Made by a program: the position numbers and the translations under genes. Below are positions 43,624-52,060 of a stretch of 64,000 bases of DNA, piece by piece (position 1 is the stretch's first letter; every line of letters begins with the position of its first letter). The notes beneath the pieces were generated by a model. It did no database searches and was not told where the DNA came from. It worked only from the letters and a program-made list of their open reading frames with translations. The stretch covers positions 284,557 to 348,556 of the forward strand of contig CAJTNO010000001.1 of the NCBI GenBank assembly GCA_910577815.1. The letters are read 5' to 3'. Source of the stretch: an uncultured Christensenella sp. (lineage in GTDB: Bacteria; Bacillota; Clostridia; Christensenellales; CAG-917).

Positions 43624-45567
43624 ATGAGAAAGACATTTAGATTATTTATGGCTATTTTATTTGTTCTGTGCTTTTCTTGTTTAACGGTAGCCTGCAACGA
43701 CACTAACAACACAGATGTATCATTCACCTTACGGTTTGACGCAAACGGTGGTATCGGGAGTATGCAGGATTTGATATTTAAAAAAAATGAAGAAAAGACT
43801 TTGCCGGTTAATTCGTTTGAGAGAGCTAACTATTCTTTTGCAGGCTGGGCTACTTCGGAAAACGGAGATGCGGAATATTCGGACGGGGATAAAATTTCTT
43901 TGAACTCCAATACTACGCTGTTTGCCATATGGACTAGAAATAATATTTCAGCTACTGTGACTGTTGTACAGAGGGAGAACGAGCAGAGCATAAGAGTAGG
44001 TTGGTCTAATCCCTCCGAAGCTTTGAGTAAAATTGAAGTAAGCGCATATCACGGAAATGATTTAGTTGATGCAAAGACAATTACAAATGCAGCAGATATA
44101 CAGGCGGGACATTCGGATTTGAATGTCTATTGGGGCAAGTATGATGTGAAAGTCAAAATTTACGGAGAGAATGATAACGTTAATGCTCAGTATAATCATA
44201 AGGTTAATATAAGTACAGATTCTTACAGAATTGCGTATATGTATGGAACATTCCCAGTATCCATATTCACACTGCAAATGATGGATAAAGATAATGCCGA
44301 CATAGATAGTGTAAACGAAACTTTTGTTCATTTGAGTGGAAGATATAAGGCGTATGATTGGGAAAAACTCCCTCCAAATATGAAGCCGTTACCCGTTGCT
44401 TTACCGGGGACCGATGGAACAGTACCGCATAATGATACGGCTAAGTGGATAAAAGAATTATATGAAATGAACAATGAAGCGCATTTTACCTTTTATTTTA
44501 ATGATGTATACATAGAAATGATTTGTTCGTTCTTTATTGATAACGATATTCCCGTCGATAACTGGGACGCAATTATGTACTCTGACGGTGTTGCAACAGC
44601 AGGCTATATTAAAGAAGCGTTCGATTGTCAAAATCCTCAGGTGAAATATGCTGAAATGGCAACGGCGTGGAATGCTTATGTTGATGGTAATAAAGATAAT
44701 AGAAATGAATTGCCTTACGGCGGGGGATGGAATCTACCTAATTATGCTTATGTCGTTTGCAACGAAATGAGCAATGTAAAGTGGTATACCGGTAGATTGC
44801 GTACAACGGAAAACGTTATCTTACAAAACACAGAATTCGCCAATGCTGTTGTTAACGGTTCTAAGGAGAAAGGCAGAAAAGAATTCTATCTAAATAATCT
44901 TCTTGCTGCTTTATCGCTTGAAGAAAAAGCAACTTTCAAATCTTTATATCATATAGATGAAAGCACTTTTGCTGCTGCTACAGAAGCAAATAAAAAGGTA
45001 ATGATGATATTAGGCACCGATTGGGATACCGAAAAAGGGTCTATTGAAGATTATCTTAGAATAACTATGGAAGTGTATGGCGACGAGTACGTGTATTATT
45101 ATAAAGGACATCCCGGTTTTCCTACCAGCAGTTACACGGAAAGAGCGGAAATTTTAAATAATCTTACAAAAGAAGGTTATAATCTTTATGAACTAGATAA
45201 TTCAGTTGCTGCAGAGTTTTTCTTGTTCTTTTTCGATGACATAGAAATGATAGGTTATCCCTCCACGACTTTTGAAAGCGGCTTGGACACTAATGCTGAC
45301 GGCGTATTCGGACAGAATATAGATAGCGGTTATTATTCCGATTTGTTAGAAACATATATAAGTAAAATAACAGATATTGACGGTTTTAATACTGAGTATT
45401 CCGACAAGAATATAACGCTTGATACACAAAAGGAGTATTACTTGATTGAATTTCAAAAAGAAATGGCAATAGATAAGAGTATAGCTATTTATGATGTAAC
45501 CGAGAAATCTATAGTCTTGTATAAACTTATTGACGGGAATTATCAGATTGTTACAATAAATCAGTAA
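43624..45567 (+). CDS. Surface lipoprotein: Listeria-Bacteroides repeat domain plus a GT80 sialyltransferase-like C-terminal region
   Basis: Lipobox LTVAC. FTLRFDANGG...YSFAGWATSENGDAEYSDGDKI...LFAIW repeat domain. Later YSDG (44578-44589), VMMILGTDWD, YYYKGHPG (KGHP at 45103-45114) and IGYPSTTF. Confidence 0.6.
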   Translation: MRKTFRLFMAILFVLCFSCLTVACNDTNNTDVSFTLRFDANGGIGSMQDLIFKKNEEKTLPVNSFERANYSFAGWATSENGDAEYSDGDKISLNSNTTLFAIWTRNNISATVTVVQRENEQSIRVGWSNPSEALSKIEVSAYHGNDLVDAKTITNAADIQAGHSDLNVYWGKYDVKVKIYGENDNVNAQYNHKVNISTDSYRIAYMYGTFPVSIFTLQMMDKDNADIDSVNETFVHLSGRYKAYDWEKLPPNMKPLPVALPGTDGTVPHNDTAKWIKELYEMNNEAHFTFYFNDVYIEMICSFFIDNDIPVDNWDAIMYSDGVATAGYIKEAFDCQNPQVKYAEMATAWNAYVDGNKDNRNELPYGGGWNLPNYAYVVCNEMSNVKWYTGRLRTTENVILQNTEFANAVVNGSKEKGRKEFYLNNLLAALSLEEKATFKSLYHIDESTFAAATEANKKVMMILGTDWDTEKGSIEDYLRITMEVYGDEYVYYYKGHPGFPTSSYTERAEILNNLTKEGYNLYELDNSVAAEFFLFFFDDIEMIGYPSTTFESGLDTNADGVFGQNIDSGYYSDLLETYISKITDIDGFNTEYSDKNITLDTQKEYYLIEFQKEMAIDKSIAIYDVTEKSIVLYKLIDGNYQIVTINQ

Positions 45568-45579
45568 TAAAATATTTTT

Positions 45580-45610
45580 AAACGGTGCGGAGAATCCGCA
45601 CCGTTTTTTT
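45580..45610 (+). terminator. Rho-independent terminator
   Basis: AAACGGTGCGG-agaat-CCGCACCGTTT followed by a T-run. Confidence 0.85.
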
Positions 45611-45656
45611 AATTATATCATAATACAAATTTAAATACTAAAATTATTTTAGTTAT

Positions 45657-45731
45657 TGGTACTCCCGGCGGGAATCGAACCCACAACGGCCCCTTAGGAG
45701 GGGGCTGTTATATCCATTTAACTACGGAAGC
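45657..45731 (-). tRNA. tRNA-Arg (anticodon CCU)
   Basis: The reverse strand folds as a cloverleaf: acceptor GCTTCCG/CGGGAGT, D-arm GTTA-AATGGATA-TAAC, anticodon arm GCCCC-CTCCTAA-GGGGC, T-arm GTGGG-TTCGATT-CCCGC, encoded ACCA end. TTGTCA-N17-TATAAT lies upstream. Confidence 0.85.
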
Positions 45732-46053
45732 AAAGTGTAGTATTTATTATACAGCAATGTTTGTATTTTGACAAGTTGTAATAAGCCTTTTATGATAATT
45801 GTCGCTTGCTATTTAAAAGCTATTATTTAAATGTTTAATAGTCACATTTAGTTTAATTATGTAAAAGATGCGTTAGATATCTCAAAATGAACAGTCGCTT
45901 ACGAAATGTTGAAAAATATTACGGCTTAAACCGATAATTTGTAGTTTGTCGATAAATTGGGGTTAAACGTTGGACAAACCGCTGTAAGTTGCTTATAATA
46001 ATATAGGATTTTATGAAAAGTGGTATTCTAACACCGTAAACGGAGGAGAGTGA

Positions 46054-46692
46054 ATGAATAAGGTTCAATTACAGGGGATGATAGACCTTAAAAAATGGTA
46101 TGACAGCGAGACGCACGGTCGCGATATGTGCGGCAGTTATGATTTTTGTGCGTTCTGCGATAAGTCGGTGTCTTTGCCTTGCGCCATCGCGTATGAAAAA
46201 GCTCATATGCAGGCGGGCGAGAAGCCTGCGCCTAAAAAGAAGCCTGCGGTAAAAGAAGTAAAAGAGCAGAATACCTCGCTTGGCAAGAAGTTTGATTATG
46301 ATAAGGTTATGACTAAAAAGGCTAACCGCAAGAGCTTGACATTTGCCGAGAAATACGCGTTGGCAAGCGACGTCATAAAGGAGAGATATGCAAAGCTTCA
46401 GGCTGCGCTTACGGATACCGAAAAGGGCGCGCCCAAAATTAAGAGCCGAATAAGCAAGCAATGTGATACATATCGCAGAAACGGCGTTATAGTTGCAAAG
46501 ATAACCATTATCGGCACCTCCTTGCGTATAAATCTTCCGCTCGATTGCAACGCGCCTCAGTTCAACGACGGAAAAACTCCTCACGTTGACACCTCTAATA
46601 AAAGAGTGTATGAGGAGGTTCCGTTCCAGTTTAAGGTAAACAGTAAGCTTGGTCTTAAGCGCGCGCTTGCCCTTATCGAATTGATTAAATAA
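46054..46692 (+). CDS. Hypothetical protein with a Cys-rich N-terminus (212 aa)
   Basis: GGAGGAG upstream of the ATG. CGSYDFCAFCDKSVSLPC cluster, a Lys-rich linker, and a terminator at about 46707-46745. No family recognised. Confidence 0.5.
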   Translation: MNKVQLQGMIDLKKWYDSETHGRDMCGSYDFCAFCDKSVSLPCAIAYEKAHMQAGEKPAPKKKPAVKEVKEQNTSLGKKFDYDKVMTKKANRKSLTFAEKYALASDVIKERYAKLQAALTDTEKGAPKIKSRISKQCDTYRRNGVIVAKITIIGTSLRINLPLDCNAPQFNDGKTPHVDTSNKRVYEEVPFQFKVNSKLGLKRALALIELIK

Positions 46693-46766
46693 ATCGTTTA
46701 AAATATAAAAGCCGTACCGTGAATTATATAGGTACGGCTTTTTTTATTTAATATAGTAATAAGAAT

Positions 46767-47453
46767 TCATACAAAACTCGATAGCTCAGACAGCTTTGAA
46801 ATTTGTATATCTATCGCTACGTTTTCGATGTTGGGTTGTTTGCTTGGATTAAACCAACAGGTATGTATTTCGCAGGACGCCGCGCCGAGCATATCGGCGT
46901 GCAGGTCGTCGCCTATCATAAGCGTTTCAGATGGAAGATATTTAAGGTGTTTGAAGCATTCCTTGAAAAAAGCGGAGCTTGGCTTTTGCGCTCCGAGCTG
47001 TTCGGACACAAACATTTTATCTATATAATTCAGCATACCCGTAAGCTCAAGGCGATGACGCTGTTGCTTAAAAGAGGCGTTGCTTGCAGTGCATACCTGA
47101 TATTTTGAGTGTAAATATTTGAGCGCTTCGAGGGCGCCGTTTATCGGAACGGCGCAGTCCTGTAGATATCTGTGAAATTCCGCTTCGAAGTGCGGTCCGT
47201 CCGCGGTTATGCCTGATATATTGAAAATCTTATTCCAACGGGTTTGCCAAAGCTGTTCTTTTGTAAGCGCGCCGTCCTGTATCTGCCGCCACATTTCGTT
47301 GTTTACCTTTAGAAATACTGCGAGCAATTCAGACGAATAGGGTATCTTAAAATCCTCGCAGGTGCGAATGATTGCCGTCTGCGAGGATTTTTCAAAATCG
47401 AGTAGAGTGTTGTCTACGTCTATAAGTATACACTTTAATCCATTTAAAGCCAT
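46767..47453 (-). CDS. HAD-IA family hydrolase (YjjG-type nucleotidase-like)
   Basis: Motif I ILIDVDNTLLDF, motif II TASNA, motif IV MIGDDLHADM. Confidence 0.7.
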   Translation of the reverse strand: MALNGLKCILIDVDNTLLDFEKSSQTAIIRTCEDFKIPYSSELLAVFLKVNNEMWRQIQDGALTKEQLWQTRWNKIFNISGITADGPHFEAEFHRYLQDCAVPINGALEALKYLHSKYQVCTASNASFKQQRHRLELTGMLNYIDKMFVSEQLGAQKPSSAFFKECFKHLKYLPSETLMIGDDLHADMLGAASCEIHTCWFNPSKQPNIENVAIDIQISKLSELSSFV

Positions 47454-47463
47454 ATGCGTTGCG

Positions 47464-48393
47464 TTAACCGCGCAGGGCGCGCAAGGTGTCTACGTACTTG
47501 CAAGCATTGAATGCCGCAACCGCTCCGTCGCTTGACGCCGTTACGAGCTGTCTTATATGCTTCGTGCGGCAGTCGCCTGCGGCGAATATGCCTTCGCAGG
47601 AGGTTACGCAGGTTTCGTCTGCGATTATATAGCCCGTTTTGTCAAGCTCTACTATATCTGCAAACGCCTTGTTGTTTGGAAGCTGTCCTATGCATACGAA
47701 CGCGCATTTGCAGTTTATGTTTACCTGCGCGTGCGTTTCGGTGTCCTCGAAGCGAAGTCCTTTAAGCTCCTCGTCGGCGATAAATTCCTTTAAGGACAGA
47801 TGATATCTTACGCTTACGTTTTCGCGGGAATTGAGTATGTCTATCAGCGCCTTGTCCGCAAAGAGTCTGCCGAACAGCGCGCATACGTGGACGTGCTTGC
47901 AATAGCCGCTCAAAAGAATGGCGTACTGTATGGCGGTGTTTGCGTCGCCTATCACGGCTACGTCCTCGCCCGAGTAGAATGCGCCGTCGCAGAGCGCGCA
48001 GTAGCTTACACCGTTGCCTATGAGCTCCTCTTCGCGCTCGACTCCTATATGGCGGGGCTTTACGCCCGTTGCAAGAATGACGGAATAGCTTTCATATTTG
48101 CCGTAATCCGTTGTAACGATAAAGCAATCCTGGTTTTTTTCAATCTTCTGCACGCATTCGAGCTCGACGCGTGCGCCCCATTCGGTTATCTGCTCATAGA
48201 GCTTGTCCATAAGCTCCGCGCCGCTTATCTTCTGATAGGTGGGGAAGTTTTCAACGCGCGGGGAGAATGCTATCTGTCCGCCGAAGCTTTCGCTTTCAAG
48301 CACTAACACCGATTTGCCTGCGCGAAGGCAGTTGAGCGCGGAAGTCATTCCTGCCGGTCCTGCGCCTATTACTATAATATCGAATCTTTCCAT
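47464..48393 (-). CDS. trxB: Thioredoxin-disulfide reductase-like flavoprotein
   Basis: FAD motif IIVIGAGPAGMTSA, redox-active CALCDG, C-terminal GIFAAGDC. Confidence 0.75.
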   Translation of the reverse strand: MERFDIIVIGAGPAGMTSALNCLRAGKSVLVLESESFGGQIAFSPRVENFPTYQKISGAELMDKLYEQITEWGARVELECVQKIEKNQDCFIVTTDYGKYESYSVILATGVKPRHIGVEREEELIGNGVSYCALCDGAFYSGEDVAVIGDANTAIQYAILLSGYCKHVHVCALFGRLFADKALIDILNSRENVSVRYHLSLKEFIADEELKGLRFEDTETHAQVNINCKCAFVCIGQLPNNKAFADIVELDKTGYIIADETCVTSCEGIFAAGDCRTKHIRQLVTASSDGAVAAFNACKYVDTLRALRG

Positions 48394-48479
48394 AGCCTTT
48401 TAATATTTCCGCCAAAAACGGTGTTTTTGGCGGAATAATGATAGGATAAAACCTGTTTTGTGTAAATTACTTAATTCTA

Positions 48480-50885
48480 TTATGCGCGTACGCTTTCGAT
48501 ATAGCCCTTTATTTTGCTTGCGTTGTCGTACACGTCATATCCGTCGCCGTTGGGAACGAGGAGGGTGGGAGCCTTTTTAACTCCGAACGATACGGTTGTG
48601 TCCTTGTTGTCCTCGGCGTCGATGACGGTGTAGACGATTCCCGCTTTTTCAAGCATACTCTTTGCCATTTTGCAGTTGGGGCAGGTCTTGGTTGTAAAGA
48701 TGAGTATGTCGTTTTTGTTTATTGAGGTTACATTCTCTTTTTTTGGCGTCGCGGCTACCATAGGCGCGGTGTCCGTGCAGACGAATTCGCTTATCTCCTT
48801 GCCGTGGTACTGCGAGGTTGCGATGTCGTAAACCTTGCGCTCCTTGAACTCGGCTATCTTGCCGTCGTTCCAGTTCTGAACAGGACGGTAGTAGCCTGTT
48901 ATACGGCTGTATACCTCTGTCTTGCGTCCGCAGATGGGGCAGGTGTACTGCTCGCCCTCGAGATAGCCGTGGTCGGCGCAGATGGAGTATGTGGGGGACA
49001 GTGTGTAATACGGAAGCTTGTAGTTTTCGGCTATCTTTCTTACGAGGTTTGCCGCAGCCTGCCAGCTGTCCAGCTTCTGTCCGAGGAAGGCGTGGAATAC
49101 CGTGCCCGAGGTGTACAGAGTTTGCAGGTCGTCCTGTATGTCGAGAGCGGAGAAGATATCCGCGGTGTATCCGACGGGCAGGTGCGAGCTGTTGGTGTAG
49201 TAGGGAATGTTGTCCATACTCTTTGCGCAGATGATGTTGGGATATTTAGCTCTGTCGTGCTTTGCAAGTCTGTAGGAGGTGGATTCCGCGGGAGTTGCCT
49301 CGAGGTTGTACAAATCGCCGTACTCCTCCTGATAGTCGGAAAGCTTGTTGCGCATAAAGTTGAGTACCTTTTGCGTGAACTCCTGAGCTTCCTTGTGGGT
49401 TAAATCCTTGCCAACCCAACGCGCGTTGAGGCAAGCCTCGTTCATACCTACAAGTCCGATTGTCGAGAAGTGGTTGCTGAATGAGCCAAGATATCTCTTT
49501 GTGTAGGGATAAAGTCCTTCGTCGAGCAGCTTTGTTATGACGTTGCGCTTGATTTTGAGCGAGCGCGCCGCGATGTTCATAAGTCTTTCAAGCTCCTTGA
49601 AGAACTCCTGCTCCGTTGTCGCTACATATGCTATGCGCGGTATGTTTATCGTTACGACGCCGACCGAGCCGGTGGATTCGCCGCTTCCGAAGAAGCCGCC
49701 CGACTTTTTGCGAAGCTCGCGCAGGTCGAGGCGCAGACGGCAGCACATACTGCGTACGTCGCTCGGCTCCATATCGCTGTTGATGTAGTTGGAGAAATAC
49801 GGCGTGCCGTATTTTGACGTCATTGTGAACAGCAGACGGTTGTTTTCGGTATCAGACCAATCGAAATCTCTGGTAATTGAGTAGGTGGGAATAGGATACT
49901 GGAAGCCTCTGCCGTTGGCGTCGCCCTCTATCATAATCTCGATAAACGCCTTGTTTACCATTCGCATTTCCTCGACGCAGTCCTTGTACTTGAAGTCCAT
50001 ATCCTTGCCGCCTACGATTGCGGGAAGCTCGGCGAGGTCGTTAGGCACTACCCAGTCGAGTGTGATGTTGGTAAACGGAGCCTGCGTACCCCAACGCGAG
50101 GGAGTGTTTACGCCGTATATAAAGGATTGTATGCATTGCTTTACTTCCTTATATGTAAGGTTGTCTACCTTAACAAAGGGAGCAAGATAGGTGTCGAAGG
50201 AGGAAAACGCCTGCGCGCCAGCCCATTCGTTTTGCATTATTCCGAGGAAATTGACCATCTGATTGCAGAGAGTGGAGAGGTGAGACGCGGGAGAGGACGT
50301 TATTTTGCCGGGAATTCCGCCGAGTCCTTCTCTTATCAGCTGCTTGAGCGACCAGCCCGCGCAGTAGCCCGTGAGCATACTGAGGTCGTGCAGGTGTATC
50401 TGCGCCTCGCGGTGCGCCTTTGCAATCTCCTCGTCGTATATCTCGCTCAGCCAGTAGTTGGCGGTGACTGCGCCCGAGTTGGACAGGATAAGTCCGCCTA
50501 CCGAATAGGATACGGTGGAGTTCTCCTTTACGCGCCAGTCGTTGACCTTAAGATAGTTGTCTACGGTGTTTTTGTAGTCCAGAGTGGTCGCGCTTATGTC
50601 ACGGAGCTTCTGGTGCTGCTTTCTATATAGAATGTAAGCCTTTGCAACCTCGACGTAGCTTGTCTGTATAAGGACTACTTCTACTGCGTCCTGTACGTCC
50701 TCAACCGTTACGACGTCGTCCCTGACCTTGTCGTTGAAGGCGGCTGTGACGCGCAGCGCGAGCATATCGAGTATGTCGTCGCTGTAGCTTTTGCCTACTG
50801 CGGCAAACGCCTTTTCAATAGCTATTTTGATTTTGTTCAGATTGAACGGGACAATGTTGCCGTCCCTTTTTTTCACGTTTAGCAT
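48480..50885 (-). CDS. nrdD: Anaerobic ribonucleoside-triphosphate reductase (class III) with a fused C-terminal glutaredoxin/NrdH-like domain
   Basis: N-terminal ATP-cone (VKKRDGNIVPFNLNKI), NrdD core, zinc site CPICGRKTE, glycyl-radical motif SRITGYYRPV. About 110 extra residues follow, including ILIFTTKTCPNCKMAK...APTLLV. Confidence 0.9.
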   Translation of the reverse strand: MLNVKKRDGNIVPFNLNKIKIAIEKAFAAVGKSYSDDILDMLALRVTAAFNDKVRDDVVTVEDVQDAVEVVLIQTSYVEVAKAYILYRKQHQKLRDISATTLDYKNTVDNYLKVNDWRVKENSTVSYSVGGLILSNSGAVTANYWLSEIYDEEIAKAHREAQIHLHDLSMLTGYCAGWSLKQLIREGLGGIPGKITSSPASHLSTLCNQMVNFLGIMQNEWAGAQAFSSFDTYLAPFVKVDNLTYKEVKQCIQSFIYGVNTPSRWGTQAPFTNITLDWVVPNDLAELPAIVGGKDMDFKYKDCVEEMRMVNKAFIEIMIEGDANGRGFQYPIPTYSITRDFDWSDTENNRLLFTMTSKYGTPYFSNYINSDMEPSDVRSMCCRLRLDLRELRKKSGGFFGSGESTGSVGVVTINIPRIAYVATTEQEFFKELERLMNIAARSLKIKRNVITKLLDEGLYPYTKRYLGSFSNHFSTIGLVGMNEACLNARWVGKDLTHKEAQEFTQKVLNFMRNKLSDYQEEYGDLYNLEATPAESTSYRLAKHDRAKYPNIICAKSMDNIPYYTNSSHLPVGYTADIFSALDIQDDLQTLYTSGTVFHAFLGQKLDSWQAAANLVRKIAENYKLPYYTLSPTYSICADHGYLEGEQYTCPICGRKTEVYSRITGYYRPVQNWNDGKIAEFKERKVYDIATSQYHGKEISEFVCTDTAPMVAATPKKENVTSINKNDILIFTTKTCPNCKMAKSMLEKAGIVYTVIDAEDNKDTTVSFGVKKAPTLLVPNGDGYDVYDNASKIKGYIESVRA

Positions 50886-50953
50886 ACTGTGAACCCCTTT
50901 AATGAAAATTTGCTTTCTCATTATAGCAAGTGGGCAGAATAAGTCAAGGGAAA

Positions 50954-51002
50954 TCACAAAATAAAGTGTGAAACATTTTTGAGAAACACCATATATAGTG
51001 GT
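50954..51002. promoter_or_regulatory. Two NrdR boxes upstream of nrdD
   Basis: TCACAAAATAAAGTGTGA (50954-50971) and ACACCATATATAGTGGT (50986-51002). Both resemble the ACACnATATATnGTGT consensus, with centres about 31-32 bp apart. Confidence 0.75.
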
Positions 51003-51205
51003 TTTGTTGAAAATTGGAAAATTTTGTAAAATTATGCGAAGCGCGCGTTCCGGCGTTTTAAACGGACGGTTTACGGGTTTTCGGCTATCTAAACGGTGCA
51101 GTGCGTTAAGTACCGTATCAAGCGTCGCAGCGATGTATTGACAATGTATTATTGTTTATTTATAATATATACATATTGTTATTATTATATAACTGAGGGT
51201 AAATT

Positions 51206-52057
51206 ATGGATGAGATGACAAAAGACGAGATTTTATCCGTCGAAGCCGCGCCCGAAAAAACGGCGGAGCCGACGGAAAACGACAAAGTTACGGATTTAAC
51301 CGCAGAGCAATGCGATAGCTCGGCAGTTGAAAAAAGCGAAGCCGCTGACGCGGGAAGCGGCGAAGCGGAAACGACGGACGCCGATACCTCAAAGCCCGCA
51401 AAGACCAAAAAGCCTTTGCCTGCCAAGCTACAGAAGATAGTAGATTATCTTAACGCTCACGAGGACGTAAGACAGATGGCGTTTTTCCTGATGTTCAGCG
51501 TTCTGTGCGGCGCTTCGCAGATGATTGTCACTTATGCGCTGTCCGCGGGACTTAAGCTTGCCCCCTCTCTTTCGGGTGCATTCAGTTGGTTTGTATTTAA
51601 GTTTGCTACCACAGCAGAGTTCATCGGCTTCTTAATCGGTTCTATTGTAGGTCAGGCGCTGACGTTTATCCTTAACCGCAAAAAGACGTTTAATACCACG
51701 GACCATATTGTTATCCGCGCCGTTATGTACGCGATTATGGCTATAATCATAATCATTATGCAGACATATCTTGGCGGCGTTGTGACGTCTGCCTGCTATT
51801 CGGCGCAGCCCGCCGCGGACGGTTTCCTTGCGCTTGTGTTCAACCTTACGGGACAGGCGGTTGCCGGTATCGCGGCTGTTATAGTAAACTTCCTGGGCAA
51901 TAAGTTCTTTATAATGCGTGATTGGGGTAAGAAAAAACAGGCTGCTCAAGCTAATGCCGATGTCGTGGCTTCGGAGGGCGAAGCGGCTGCGGAAGCACAG
52001 ACAACTGTTGAAGCGGACGTTCAGAGCACGGAAAACGATACGCAAGCCGAGGTTTAA
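51206..52057 (+). CDS. GtrA-family membrane protein with acidic N- and C-terminal extensions
   Basis: Four-TM core with the GtrA-like pattern (FFLMFSVLCGASQMIVTYAL ... NFLGNKFFIM), flanked by Glu/Ala/Thr-rich tails. Confidence 0.65.
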   Translation: MDEMTKDEILSVEAAPEKTAEPTENDKVTDLTAEQCDSSAVEKSEAADAGSGEAETTDADTSKPAKTKKPLPAKLQKIVDYLNAHEDVRQMAFFLMFSVLCGASQMIVTYALSAGLKLAPSLSGAFSWFVFKFATTAEFIGFLIGSIVGQALTFILNRKKTFNTTDHIVIRAVMYAIMAIIIIIMQTYLGGVVTSACYSAQPAADGFLALVFNLTGQAVAGIAAVIVNFLGNKFFIMRDWGKKKQAAQANADVVASEGEAAAEAQTTVEADVQSTENDTQAEV

Positions 52058-52060
52058 GCA

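Noticed and set aside
39480-45731. A single tRNA-Arg-targeted genomic island running from the integrase (39.7 kb) to the tRNA (45.7 kb).
   Set aside because: By eye I found no copy of the tRNA 3' segment near 39.5 kb. The nfeD-SPFH pair has backbone-like composition and its own promoter, and the integrase is at the end far from the tRNA. Only 42.3-45.65 kb looks foreign. This was not excluded computationally.
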